From: Waterburya sp.
GTDB lineage: Bacteria > Cyanobacteriota > Cyanobacteriia > Cyanobacteriales > Xenococcaceae
NCBI GenBank assembly: GCA_965217895.1
Contig: CBDCJV010000002.1
Location: 2,624,001 to 2,688,000, forward strand
Reading direction: 5' to 3'
Length of the DNA stretch: 64,000 nucleotides
Every line of letters starts with the position of its first letter. Position 1 is the first letter of the stretch. The translations under genes and the position numbers were made by a program. The notes beneath the pieces are model-generated. The model was not told the origin of the DNA. It was given only the letters and a program-made list of their open reading frames with translations, and ran no database searches. Positions 39,813 to 49,174 of the stretch are shown here, in pieces.

Positions 39813-40307
39813 CTAAACTGAGGCTAGTTCTAGATTCTCTTCAGAATCCGCTTCTGGTAAAGAAGTGGCTGCGTTTGCCTGTTCGAGATTAATCTTGACT
39901 ACTTTTTGCTTGGCTTCTTCTACTTTGGGTAAGATTAAAGTCAAGATACCGTCTGCATAAACCGCTGTGACTTCAGTATTGACTATCGGCACAGGTAAAG
40001 AGATTTGGCGGTGGAATTTACCATGATTAAATTCCGAATATAAATATCGAGATGATTCTGTTTCTAAAGCATGACGTTCTCCAGAAACAGTCACCGATTT
40101 TCTCGTTGCTTCAATATCAATATTTTGGCGATCTACTCCAGCCAAAGAAAGTCTGACAATTAACTTGTCATCATGGTCTAATAGTTCCATTGCGGGTTGC
40201 CAAGAATTATAATTCTGACTAGCCCCCTCTATATCGTTAAAAACGCGATCAATTTGATTGCGTAAAGAATCCATTTGCTCAAAGGGTGAAAAGCTCACAA
40301 TTTTCAT
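39813..40307 (-). CDS. Small heat-shock protein (Hsp20/alpha-crystallin)
   Basis: SEF.HGKF.R.ISLP, A.YADGIL..LPK, VKINL; GGAGG RBS before the ATG at 40307. Confidence 0.93.
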   Translation of the reverse strand: MKIVSFSPFEQMDSLRNQIDRVFNDIEGASQNYNSWQPAMELLDHDDKLIVRLSLAGVDRQNIDIEATRKSVTVSGERHALETESSRYLYSEFNHGKFHRQISLPVPIVNTEVTAVYADGILTLILPKVEEAKQKVVKINLEQANAATSLPEADSEENLELASV

Positions 40308-40411
40308 AACGAAATTTCCTCCGTTGTATATGCAACTCAACATACCGTTGAATAAAATTAGTTAGTTGAAAAATTTCCAAAGCCTGGCTGAATCACTGTT
40401 AAGGTTGTGAG

Positions 40412-40438
40412 TTAGCACTCGCGCTTTGTTATTGCTAA
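40412..40438 (-). promoter_or_regulatory. CIRCE (HrcA operator)
   Basis: TTAGCAATA-N9-GAGTGCTAA, 16/18 match to consensus, overlapping the -10 TATATT. Confidence 0.8.
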
Positions 40439-40477
40439 TATAGCAAAGCTATTTTTTGGTTGACAACTATTTCTAAA

Positions 40478-40493
40478 GTAGGGTTTCCCGAAC
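40478..40493 (-). promoter_or_regulatory. K-box
   Basis: GTTCGG-GAAA-CCCTAC fits GTTCGG-NNAN-CCNNAC exactly, just upstream of the -35 TTGTCA. Confidence 0.75.
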
Positions 40494-40592
40494 TAATTTG
40501 TCGTGGTAAATAAAACCTCAATGGCGATCGCCCTACTACAAACTTCCTTTTTTATTATATTACAGCGGTTTGCATTGTTCTTTCTAAAACAA

Positions 40593-43500
40593 CTAAAATT
40601 GCTTTTGATATCTGATTTTGACTTCATTAAAAAAGTAATCGTAGGTAGCATTAACCGAAGAATCATCATTCAGTTGATAAGTTCCTTCCACTGCTGGATA
40701 AACTCGCAAATAATCTAAGCCGATTTTTTCGCCAATGTTGTTAATAGTCTTGTCGGCAAAATTAAAGATTTCTCGTTCGATGGGTGTAAAGATAAACTGG
40801 GTTACGCCAAATTCTAATAGCTGTTCTTCATTACTATCCTGTAATTGTTCGGCTAAACCGATAAATCTGTTACCCAATAAAGATAAAATTGCGCCTTGGC
40901 TACGAGGAGGATTACTTTCTAGATTTACGGCGGGGGAGTTTAATAACTCTTTAACCGTTCCTTCTTCAAAAGCATTGAAGTTAACGCATTCTGCTAGCTG
41001 ATTTAATTCAGTTTTAGTATAAATCTCATCGGCAAACAGAGGTTCTAAAGGTGGTTCGATGCGACAATTGGCTGGATCTTCATTAATGCGAGGAATTATT
41101 TGTTCTGTCTCGCCTTCTATTGCCAAAATAACGTTAACGATTTCATTTCTGCCAGCTTGAGAAATAGGATCGGGTATTTCATTATCATCGACTACACCTA
41201 GGTCGATATTATCCAAGTCTGACACTTCTGTTTGCAATCTTACATCTACAAAAGGATTAAGAATAGTTTTCTTGGGATCGAAGACAATAGTATTTTCATA
41301 GTCTTGCTTTAGATTAAATTGATTACTAACAAAATCCACATCACCCTGTTGTACTTGCAGCGTACCATCAGCCTTTATTTCTGGTATATTATTGGCTGCA
41401 CCATTCAAAATTAGATCGCCATTAACTACGAATTTGTATAAGGGTGTTTGTTGAAATTTAAAATCTGCTAGAACTACCTCAAAGTCTGTTAATTGAGGCT
41501 TAAAAGCACTTTCAGGATCGGTATCAGCGATCGCATTGTTTAAATCTGCTATTTCTTCTTCATCGTCTTCAGGTATAAATCCTTGACCATCAAATAGCTC
41601 AACTTTTCCCGCAATTAAGGGACTAAAAGCATCTCCTGTAATAATTACTTCTCCCTCAATACCACCTTTATATAATTGGTCGAGATCTATTTCGCTTTTA
41701 TAAATAGTTAGAGTCAGCGGATCGTTAATATTTTTCGGTTCGAGTAAAGGTAAGACTCCCGAAGCTGAGATATTACTTTTGGCAAGTGTTCCTGCTAATT
41801 GTTCTACCTGTAGTAATCCCTCGTCTAAAACGATTTTGCCAGTAACATCGAGGGGTTCGGTAAAAGCAGCAGTTTTAAGTAAAGTCTTGTTGAGAGTAAT
41901 ATTCCCTACGGCATCAAGATCTTGAAAAATAAAGTCTTGATTTAAATCTAAACGCGCATTAGCATTTAGAGTAATATCTGCGTCGCCGCCGATAAATTCA
42001 ATCGCACCATTGGTAAAGCCATCAATTAAAGCTATTCCACCTTCATCTAGATCGGCGGTTAAACTTACGAAGTCATTTCCTGGTTTAATGGGAAAGGGAA
42101 TACTAGCCTGAATTTGAGCCGAAGGAGTTTCGGTAGTGTCTAATTCTAATCGAGCATTATTATAAACGTATTTTCCTGTTATCTGCGGTAAATTGCGATC
42201 GCTTAATCTTCCGTTGGTTAAGGCAACGTCTCCGACAAGTTTGGGAGTTGGTAGGCTTTGACTAGCTTTCCCAGTCGTGCTAATTCTACCAGCTAGATCG
42301 AAGGGAATATCTATGAAATTGTCGATCGCATCTATAGGTAAATCTTGAATCTTATAGTCTGCCGTTACCTGTTCGCCTTTTAGTTTTCCCTCTAATGCCA
42401 CGACAGCCTGCGCCCCTTGAACTAAGAGAGAATCGAGAGTAATCGCCTGATTATTATAATTCCCTTCTACTAATAGTTTGTTAATTGCAACTATCCCTGG
42501 TTGTCGAGGAATCTCAAAGACAACGTTTCTGCTAGTATCCCAAAGCCAATCATCGCCAGATATTTTCCACGCTACGTTAGGAGAATCTAAGCTACCTGCG
42601 ATCGCAATTTCTCCTGTGTATGCGCCTTTAATATCTAACGGCGTCGCTAACAGATCTGAATCTTCAGCCACTTCCTGTAGTCGTTCGGTAACTATTACCA
42701 GTAGCTTTAGTAGATCGCCAACTCTGGCATCTTTGTCCCCTACTTCCAGGGTTGATAAAGCCTCTGCTTTGGCTAAATCTGGAGTCTTAAATAGTTCTGT
42801 TACTCTTTTGATGTCGTACCAACCAAAAGTAGAAATTAAATCCTGAATGTATGCTTGAGGAATATCTAGTTCCCCTGTTATTTCTTGAGTCTGTAGATTA
42901 TACTCACCCTCTAGATTATAGATACTTTCTCCAAATTTTAAAGTAGCAGAATCTAATCTGGCTAAATTTTGTTCGGGACTATAGGCAAAATCAGCGGCGA
43001 TCGCTTCGCCGTCAATATAACCGACACTGGGTTTAATGACTCGCACTTTGGCAGTAGTGGCGAAGGTAAACAAGTTAATCAATGCTTTTCCGGTAACTTC
43101 ACCTTTTAAGGCTTTGGTGAAGCCTAAATTAGCTGCGGGACTTATATTGAGTAAGGACAGAGGAAAGTTTTTAACATCTACATCTAAAAATTCTCCTTCT
43201 CGGTTGGCAATTGCGACAATGGGTTCGGGTGTTTTTTCTCCCTGACGTAATCTAATGGAAGTGGGTAGATAAGCAAAAGGACATTGTTCTTTCTGACAGG
43301 GTTCAAACTCAGCAGCAATTACATCCTGTTGTCCCTCAAGATTAATTGATAGTTCTTCTCCTGGTGATATATTTACCGTTCCTGATAAAATGCGATCAAA
43401 TGCGGTATTAGCTACAGCAAAATCCTCTAGCTGTAAGTCTCCTGTCAAATCTAAGTTATTGGGGGTAGAAAGTAAATCTTGTCCCTGCAAAAGTCCATTG

Positions 43501-45683
43501 AAACTAGCATTACCTGCTAGGTTAAAGTTTTTTGCTAAAAACTGATTGTTGGTAGCTAGATTATTAAGTAATTGCTTGGGTAGAGTACCTAAATTAGAAT
43601 CAGCCTGTATATTTAGATCGACATTGGCATCGAGGCTAGTAGCCAAGTCAGTTAAGAATATCTCTCCCTTGGCGTTTAAAGACTGTTCTTCCAGCTGAAC
43701 CGCAATATTATTCGCATCAATTGCAATTGTTTTTTCTATTGATTCCAAATTTGCCGAAAAGTTAACTTGAGCATCTACGGGTTCAGAGACAACCCCTGTT
43801 ATAAAATCGTTTACAGGTACATCAATGGCGTTGGCTTTAACATTAAGATTGCCAGAATTTATATCGCTTCTAACGAAAACATCTCCGCTACCCACGTCGA
43901 GGTTTAGATTAGCAACGCCGTCAAGGGTATCTAATGAAGGAGTTGATTTTCCGTTCAATCTAACCGTACCTTCTTCTAGAGTAATTGGTTCTTCTAACTT
44001 TAACTGTTTTGATAATGGTTGCAAAAAAGGATTCAGAGGAACGTTATTGGCGTTTAAAATAGCTTGCCAATTATTATTAGCTAAATTACCAGTACCGCTA
44101 AGATTTATATTTCCTGAATCTATTTCTAACTTGGTGTCCCGCACCGTTAAAATAGAATTATTGAATAAAACTGACCCACTCCCAGAAACATCAGTTTTGG
44201 CTGAAGTAGTAACAGTTGGTGCTTGCCAATCAACTAATACCTTTGGTTTGGCTACCGTACCGTCTACTTTGGTGATCGCAGTTACAGTATCAACATTAAA
44301 CGGTACAGAATTGACATAGTAAGGCTTGAGCAGTTCTTCTGCTGGTAACTTCGCCTGAAACTGGAGGGATAGCGGTGTCGGATCTCCGCTAATCTTGTTT
44401 GAGTTACTCCCAATCAAGCCTCCTCCCGTAATTTCTCCCCCTGCTGCGGGAATGATGCTCAAATTTTCGATAACAACCTTGTCTAAACTAGCCGTTAGTT
44501 CTGCTTCTACTTCGTCTAACTTGGTTTTGGCAACCATAACAGGTTGAGTATTACTAACTGTGCCTTTCAATAGTGGTTCAGTTATTGCACCTGTCAACTG
44601 CAAATTAACTTTAATTTTTCCTGCAACATCTACTGGTGAATCTGCTGGTACAATATTAAGCAGGTTATTTACAGCAAAAGGCGGGACAACTATATTTAGG
44701 TCATAACCAGTTTTCCAGTTGATTCGTCCATCTACCCTAGCAACAATATTACCAATGCTAGCCTGAGTCTTATTGATCTTAACTCGATCGCCATTGAAGT
44801 TTAAACGCGATCGCGCCTTAACTGGCTTTTCTAACTGTTTGGCTTTAGCCTTTACCTGTTGCAAACTCAACGTTCCTCGAACTTGAGTATTGTTTATCTC
44901 TGCCAAGGAAGCAATGTTTAAATCCAAGTTGGCGTTTAACTCACCTTTTAGTAGATCTACAGGTAAATCCCTTGGCAATAAGGGTATAACTTTTGGTAGA
45001 GACAAGTCTTGCACCAAAATTTGTGTTTTTGTCTTTCCTGTTTCGATAGAAGTTTTTCCTTCAGCCTTGACTACACCATCGCCAACTTTAGTATCCAAAT
45101 CGTAGCGAATATACTGGGGTTGAGTTTGATCATAATTAACCTCACCGTTTAGCTTCAGGTTAATAGAATCTTGTCGATCGTTCGGCAGTAATGCTAGTTC
45201 TCCTGATTCAACTAAAACATTAACATCAAAATCAATTGGCAATCCTCCCTCTTCTGATGAACTAGAAGGTAATTCCAACCACGTACCGTTTTTATCCTCT
45301 TCTAAGTAAAGATTGGGATCGACTAAGGTAACTTCTAAGGGCAAAACTTGACGAAATATAACAGGTAAAATATTAAACCCAACCTCAACCCGATCTATAA
45401 CTGCATAGTCAGGATCGTCATCATTAACTGAAATAGTAGACTCACCAAAGGTAATGCGGTTCAAAGAGAAACTTTCTACTTCTCCCAGGTCAATCGGACG
45501 TTCGAAAGTTTTACTCAACTGCTGTTCTAGAAAAGGCGGGAGTTTTTCCGTGACTAACCATCTTATTCCCACATATCCTATTACACCACAGGCTACTGCA
45601 ATACTCCCCACAACAATAGTTGAAGGCTTTTTAAAAATATGCCACCAGCGTTTTAAATCAGAATTACTTTGCTCTTGCGTCAT
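40593..45683 (-). CDS. TamB/AsmA-like protein (C-terminal DUF490)
   Basis: N-terminal TM anchor, long beta-rich body, L.SNPPRSQ.AIL.LLG and terminal YQKQF; GAGG before the ATG at 45683. Confidence 0.85.
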   Translation of the reverse strand: MTQEQSNSDLKRWWHIFKKPSTIVVGSIAVACGVIGYVGIRWLVTEKLPPFLEQQLSKTFERPIDLGEVESFSLNRITFGESTISVNDDDPDYAVIDRVEVGFNILPVIFRQVLPLEVTLVDPNLYLEEDKNGTWLELPSSSSEEGGLPIDFDVNVLVESGELALLPNDRQDSINLKLNGEVNYDQTQPQYIRYDLDTKVGDGVVKAEGKTSIETGKTKTQILVQDLSLPKVIPLLPRDLPVDLLKGELNANLDLNIASLAEINNTQVRGTLSLQQVKAKAKQLEKPVKARSRLNFNGDRVKINKTQASIGNIVARVDGRINWKTGYDLNIVVPPFAVNNLLNIVPADSPVDVAGKIKVNLQLTGAITEPLLKGTVSNTQPVMVAKTKLDEVEAELTASLDKVVIENLSIIPAAGGEITGGGLIGSNSNKISGDPTPLSLQFQAKLPAEELLKPYYVNSVPFNVDTVTAITKVDGTVAKPKVLVDWQAPTVTTSAKTDVSGSGSVLFNNSILTVRDTKLEIDSGNINLSGTGNLANNNWQAILNANNVPLNPFLQPLSKQLKLEEPITLEEGTVRLNGKSTPSLDTLDGVANLNLDVGSGDVFVRSDINSGNLNVKANAIDVPVNDFITGVVSEPVDAQVNFSANLESIEKTIAIDANNIAVQLEEQSLNAKGEIFLTDLATSLDANVDLNIQADSNLGTLPKQLLNNLATNNQFLAKNFNLAGNASFNGLLQGQDLLSTPNNLDLTGDLQLEDFAVANTAFDRILSGTVNISPGEELSINLEGQQDVIAAEFEPCQKEQCPFAYLPTSIRLRQGEKTPEPIVAIANREGEFLDVDVKNFPLSLLNISPAANLGFTKALKGEVTGKALINLFTFATTAKVRVIKPSVGYIDGEAIAADFAYSPEQNLARLDSATLKFGESIYNLEGEYNLQTQEITGELDIPQAYIQDLISTFGWYDIKRVTELFKTPDLAKAEALSTLEVGDKDARVGDLLKLLVIVTERLQEVAEDSDLLATPLDIKGAYTGEIAIAGSLDSPNVAWKISGDDWLWDTSRNVVFEIPRQPGIVAINKLLVEGNYNNQAITLDSLLVQGAQAVVALEGKLKGEQVTADYKIQDLPIDAIDNFIDIPFDLAGRISTTGKASQSLPTPKLVGDVALTNGRLSDRNLPQITGKYVYNNARLELDTTETPSAQIQASIPFPIKPGNDFVSLTADLDEGGIALIDGFTNGAIEFIGGDADITLNANARLDLNQDFIFQDLDAVGNITLNKTLLKTAAFTEPLDVTGKIVLDEGLLQVEQLAGTLAKSNISASGVLPLLEPKNINDPLTLTIYKSEIDLDQLYKGGIEGEVIITGDAFSPLIAGKVELFDGQGFIPEDDEEEIADLNNAIADTDPESAFKPQLTDFEVVLADFKFQQTPLYKFVVNGDLILNGAANNIPEIKADGTLQVQQGDVDFVSNQFNLKQDYENTIVFDPKKTILNPFVDVRLQTEVSDLDNIDLGVVDDNEIPDPISQAGRNEIVNVILAIEGETEQIIPRINEDPANCRIEPPLEPLFADEIYTKTELNQLAECVNFNAFEEGTVKELLNSPAVNLESNPPRSQGAILSLLGNRFIGLAEQLQDSNEEQLLEFGVTQFIFTPIEREIFNFADKTINNIGEKIGLDYLRVYPAVEGTYQLNDDSSVNATYDYFFNEVKIRYQKQF

Positions 45684-45857
45684 TACCTCACGATCCAAAA
45701 TAATCGAACTATTGGATCGACAATACAAGTTTGAGTCACAACAACATTCTGGCTAAATATGGAATTACTTCCTAATATTGATCGCTGCTAACTTCATTTA
45801 TTTTAAAATTGGGTCAATTAGACTGAGATTTGAAGCTTTATTAAACTATGGATTAGA

Positions 45858-46670
45858 CTATGGACTTACATCAACATCAACATTGCTTGGATCGACATCG
45901 GTGGGAGAAATCTTTTCAACTATTAATACAGCAGTTTCCCCAGATTCATTTTCTGATTCGTTAGTGGCATATACGCTCAGATCTTGGTCATATCCATACT
46001 CTTGTGCTAATTGTTTTTGGTCGTAAGCACGAACTTGACCCTCAATTAGTATATCGGCACCGCTTTCTGGCATGGGTTCATCTGTTGTATTTAGCACCAG
46101 TAAATTCTTGTCACTCGTCAAAGAAAACTCTTTTAGGGTGAAAGCATTTTCGTCCAACACATCTGCTACCTTTCCCGATACCGCCACGTCTTTGTCGTAG
46201 AAATTGGCTGGAGTTTCTACAACCTCTACGGGATCGGGAGCAAGAACAATTGAGTCGGCATAAATAGCAGGCTTATTCCCTACCTCGTCCGCAATGCCTT
46301 CAGGAACATCTACTGGTGTACCTTCATAATATTCCTCAGTACCTACCGTGTCTACTTTTCCGGTAATCCGTAAGGAAATATTCTCCTCTGGTAATTCTGG
46401 CAGAGGTTCATCAGATTCGTTGATAATTAAAACGCGATCGCTACCAAAATAATTATCAGCTTCTAGGGTAAAAGTATTGTCGTCCTTAAGCTCGTCCATT
46501 GTTCCCGTAATAGTTACGGTTTTGCCAATCCAATTATCGGTATTATCGATAATTTCTTCCATCGTTGCATTGCCTTCAGCAGATTGGGCTACCGCCTGTT
46601 TGCTGCTATCTACCTCCAAAGGAAGCAACAACGCCAAGCTGAATAAACACCAAAATATTGAATATTTCAT
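45858..46670 (-). CDS. Exported acidic two-repeat protein, paralogue of 36119-36919
   Basis: GKTVTITG..FTL..VLIIN / NFYDKDVAVSG..AFTL..LLVLN repeats. Confidence 0.8.
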   Translation of the reverse strand: MKYSIFWCLFSLALLLPLEVDSSKQAVAQSAEGNATMEEIIDNTDNWIGKTVTITGTMDELKDDNTFTLEADNYFGSDRVLIINESDEPLPELPEENISLRITGKVDTVGTEEYYEGTPVDVPEGIADEVGNKPAIYADSIVLAPDPVEVVETPANFYDKDVAVSGKVADVLDENAFTLKEFSLTSDKNLLVLNTTDEPMPESGADILIEGQVRAYDQKQLAQEYGYDQDLSVYATNESENESGETAVLIVEKISPTDVDPSNVDVDVSP

Positions 46671-46975
46671 AATTATCAACAACTTTTATTTTTACTCTAT
46701 ACAATTTATAGTTGCTATATAATCTATTTTTTTTGCTTCGTTGAGCTTCCTTCTAAGGTTAGATATGTACAATAAAGCATACCTATTTTAGTTATGGTCA
46801 AAATAGAAAAGCGGAGTTGGAAAATAACAGTTGATAGTTTTATGGCATATTTAGCGTAAAAACAAAGTTGTAGTCCTAAAGAAAGAGTTGTAACGATTGA
46901 GATTTTGTTAGCCTACGATAGCAGATTGTTCGCTAATATTAGTTTTTAGAGTGGGTAGCATTAAAATTATTTAAA

Positions 46976-48106
46976 ATGTCATTACAATTTCTACAAAAAC
47001 AATTTTTCAGTAATCAAATTTCTGATTATCTAATTGCTTTAGCAGTTTTAGTTGCAGGCAGTATAGTTGCCAGACTATTATGTCGCTTTATCTTTCAACG
47101 CTTAAAAAAGTGGGCGGATAAAACTCCAACATCTTTAGACAATCGCTTAATTGCAATTATTGAAACTCATTCAACTCCTATTATTTATTTAGGCAGTTTT
47201 TATCTGGCTATATCTAATCTGGCTCTCCATCCAATATTAGATAAAGTTGTCAACGCGATCTTAATTATTTTGGCGACAATTATTGGAGTTAGATTAATTA
47301 ATTCTTTAGTTAAATATCTACTGCGATTATACTGGATAACTCACAGTCGTAATAATTCAAACTTTGAACTAACTATCAATGCTATTTTACCAGCCATTAG
47401 AACAATAGTTTGGGTAATTGGCTTACTTTTTGTTTTGGATAACTTAGGCTTTAATATTTCAGCGGTAATAGCTAGTTTAGGTATTGGCGGAGTTGCAGTT
47501 GCTTTAGCTTCTCAAGGAATATTACAGGATTTATTTAGCTATTTTGCCATCTTACTTGATCGCCCTTTTGAACTCGGCGACTTTATTATTGTTGGTGACT
47601 ATATGGGTGATGTGGAATATGTCGGAATTAAAACCACTAGGCTAAAAAGTATTGATGGTGAAGAGATAATTATTGCTAATACCGATCTGACAGGTTCGCG
47701 AATTCGCAACTTTAAGCGAATGAGACAAAGACGAATAGTCTTTGACTTTGGCGTAGTTTATGAAACTCATAGCAATCAGTTAACTGCTATTCCTTCAATA
47801 GTAGAAAATATTATTCGACAAACAAAAAACACCACATTTGATCGCGCTCATTTTCTCGCTTATGGAGATTTTAGCCTTAATTTTGAAGTGGCTTATCTAA
47901 TTAATAGCAATGATTACGATCTTTACATGGATGCTCAACAACAAATCAATTTTCAATTAAAGCAAGAATTTGACAGAAAAGGAATTCAATTTGCTTATCC
48001 AACCCAGATAAGTTATTTACGTTCTTCCGCAACTTCTGATGATCGAAATACTAGTAATGCTAATTCAAATAATTTGAATCATTTGCAAGATATACACAGC
48101 AGATAA
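46976..48106 (+). CDS. MscS mechanosensitive channel
   Basis: SLGIGGVAVALA, DRPF.LGD, GIKTT, I.N, GIQFAYP. Confidence 0.93.
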   Translation: MSLQFLQKQFFSNQISDYLIALAVLVAGSIVARLLCRFIFQRLKKWADKTPTSLDNRLIAIIETHSTPIIYLGSFYLAISNLALHPILDKVVNAILIILATIIGVRLINSLVKYLLRLYWITHSRNNSNFELTINAILPAIRTIVWVIGLLFVLDNLGFNISAVIASLGIGGVAVALASQGILQDLFSYFAILLDRPFELGDFIIVGDYMGDVEYVGIKTTRLKSIDGEEIIIANTDLTGSRIRNFKRMRQRRIVFDFGVVYETHSNQLTAIPSIVENIIRQTKNTTFDRAHFLAYGDFSLNFEVAYLINSNDYDLYMDAQQQINFQLKQEFDRKGIQFAYPTQISYLRSSATSDDRNTSNANSNNLNHLQDIHSR

Positions 48107-48111
48107 TGAAC

Positions 48112-48230
48112 TAAGCTGTTAAGTATTTAATTGGCTTGTTGAGATTAATGCGGAGACGAGGAGACTGGGAGAGGGTTTAACGGTTTGTTTTCTAATTTAA
48201 AAAGATGCAGTTTAAATGCACATCAGCTTA
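48112..48230. mobile_element. MITE, about 119 bp
   Basis: Imperfect TIR TAAGCTGTTAAGTATTTAA / TTAAATGCACATCAGCTTA; internal GGAGAC repeats. Confidence 0.6.
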
Positions 48231-48406
48231 TCTCTCTTCTGTCAAAGTCGGTTAAACCCTCTATTTCTCGTTGGCTAAAATGGCGCAAATTCGTTAAATT
48301 ATCCTAGAGTGACAGAAGAGAGTTATACCGATCCAAAACTGCTGTTTACGTAGAGCGATCGCATATGATATATCTACGGTGATATGCGATCGCCATTTAG
48401 GTAAAA

Positions 48407-48550
48407 CTATTTCTTCTCAACTACAGTCTGATTATCAGTGTCAATCGCTAATTCTTCTTTACGTAGGGTTTCGGATGTTTCAACCGTGTCATGCTCTACT
48501 TGTTTATGAACGCTCACTTCTTCTCTAATCACTGCTTGCTTTTCTATATT
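48407..48550 (-). pseudogene. 3' remnant of a YsnF/AvaK (DUF2382) gene
   Basis: NIEKQAVIREEVSVHKQVEHDTVETSETLRKEELAID...KK*; no start codon found. Confidence 0.75.
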
Positions 48551-48623
48551 TATAGATTACGCAAAAATAAAAGCTAAGAGATAAACTTAAAATTGAGATA
48601 AAAGTAAGTTTCGCCGTCCACCA

Positions 48624-49088
48624 CTATAGCTGCTTAACCATTTTTACATGAGAGATATTAGCTTCATCAAATTCTTTGCCTACTATTTCAAATCCTAGCT
48701 GTTGATATAGCTGGGCGATATAGACTTGAGCATGAACTATTGCTTGGGACTTGTTTTGCAGCGAGATAGTTTCTAAAGCTATTATCATCAGCTTTTTGCC
48801 AATACCCTGCTTTCTTGCTTCTGGTAAAACTGCTAGCCTTTCAACTTTGGCTGCATTATAGTTAACTTCTCTAATTCTGGCTGTTCCTACCGCTTTGTTG
48901 TTCCAGTATGCCAAAAAATGGGTTGCATCTCGATCTAATCCATCAAACTCTAACTCAGATGAAACTCCTTGTTCTTCTTGAAATACTGTAGTTCTGATAT
49001 TTTTGATTGCTTCTATTGCGTCTTGATATACTACAGTTTCAATCTTGATTGAACCTTTGCCCTGAGCAAATTCATTTTCGTTCATCAT
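48624..49088 (-). CDS. GNAT acetyltransferase (ElaA/YjcF-like)
   Basis: IR..VF..EQ, GTAR, R.AV...RKQGIG, HAQ, H..M. Confidence 0.9.
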   Translation of the reverse strand: MMNENEFAQGKGSIKIETVVYQDAIEAIKNIRTTVFQEEQGVSSELEFDGLDRDATHFLAYWNNKAVGTARIREVNYNAAKVERLAVLPEARKQGIGKKLMIIALETISLQNKSQAIVHAQVYIAQLYQQLGFEIVGKEFDEANISHVKMVKQL

Positions 49089-49174
49089 TATAGATAATCT
49101 CAAAATTAGTGCGATCGCAATACCTATAGAGTAGGTCAAATAGCGTAGACTAAAAAAGCTAACGGCTAAAAAAA

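Noticed and set aside
38190..46900. Loose TCT-N5/6-AG palindromes upstream of several stress genes (~38195, ~46750, ~46875)
   Set aside because: Spacing is inconsistent and information content too low without motif statistics.
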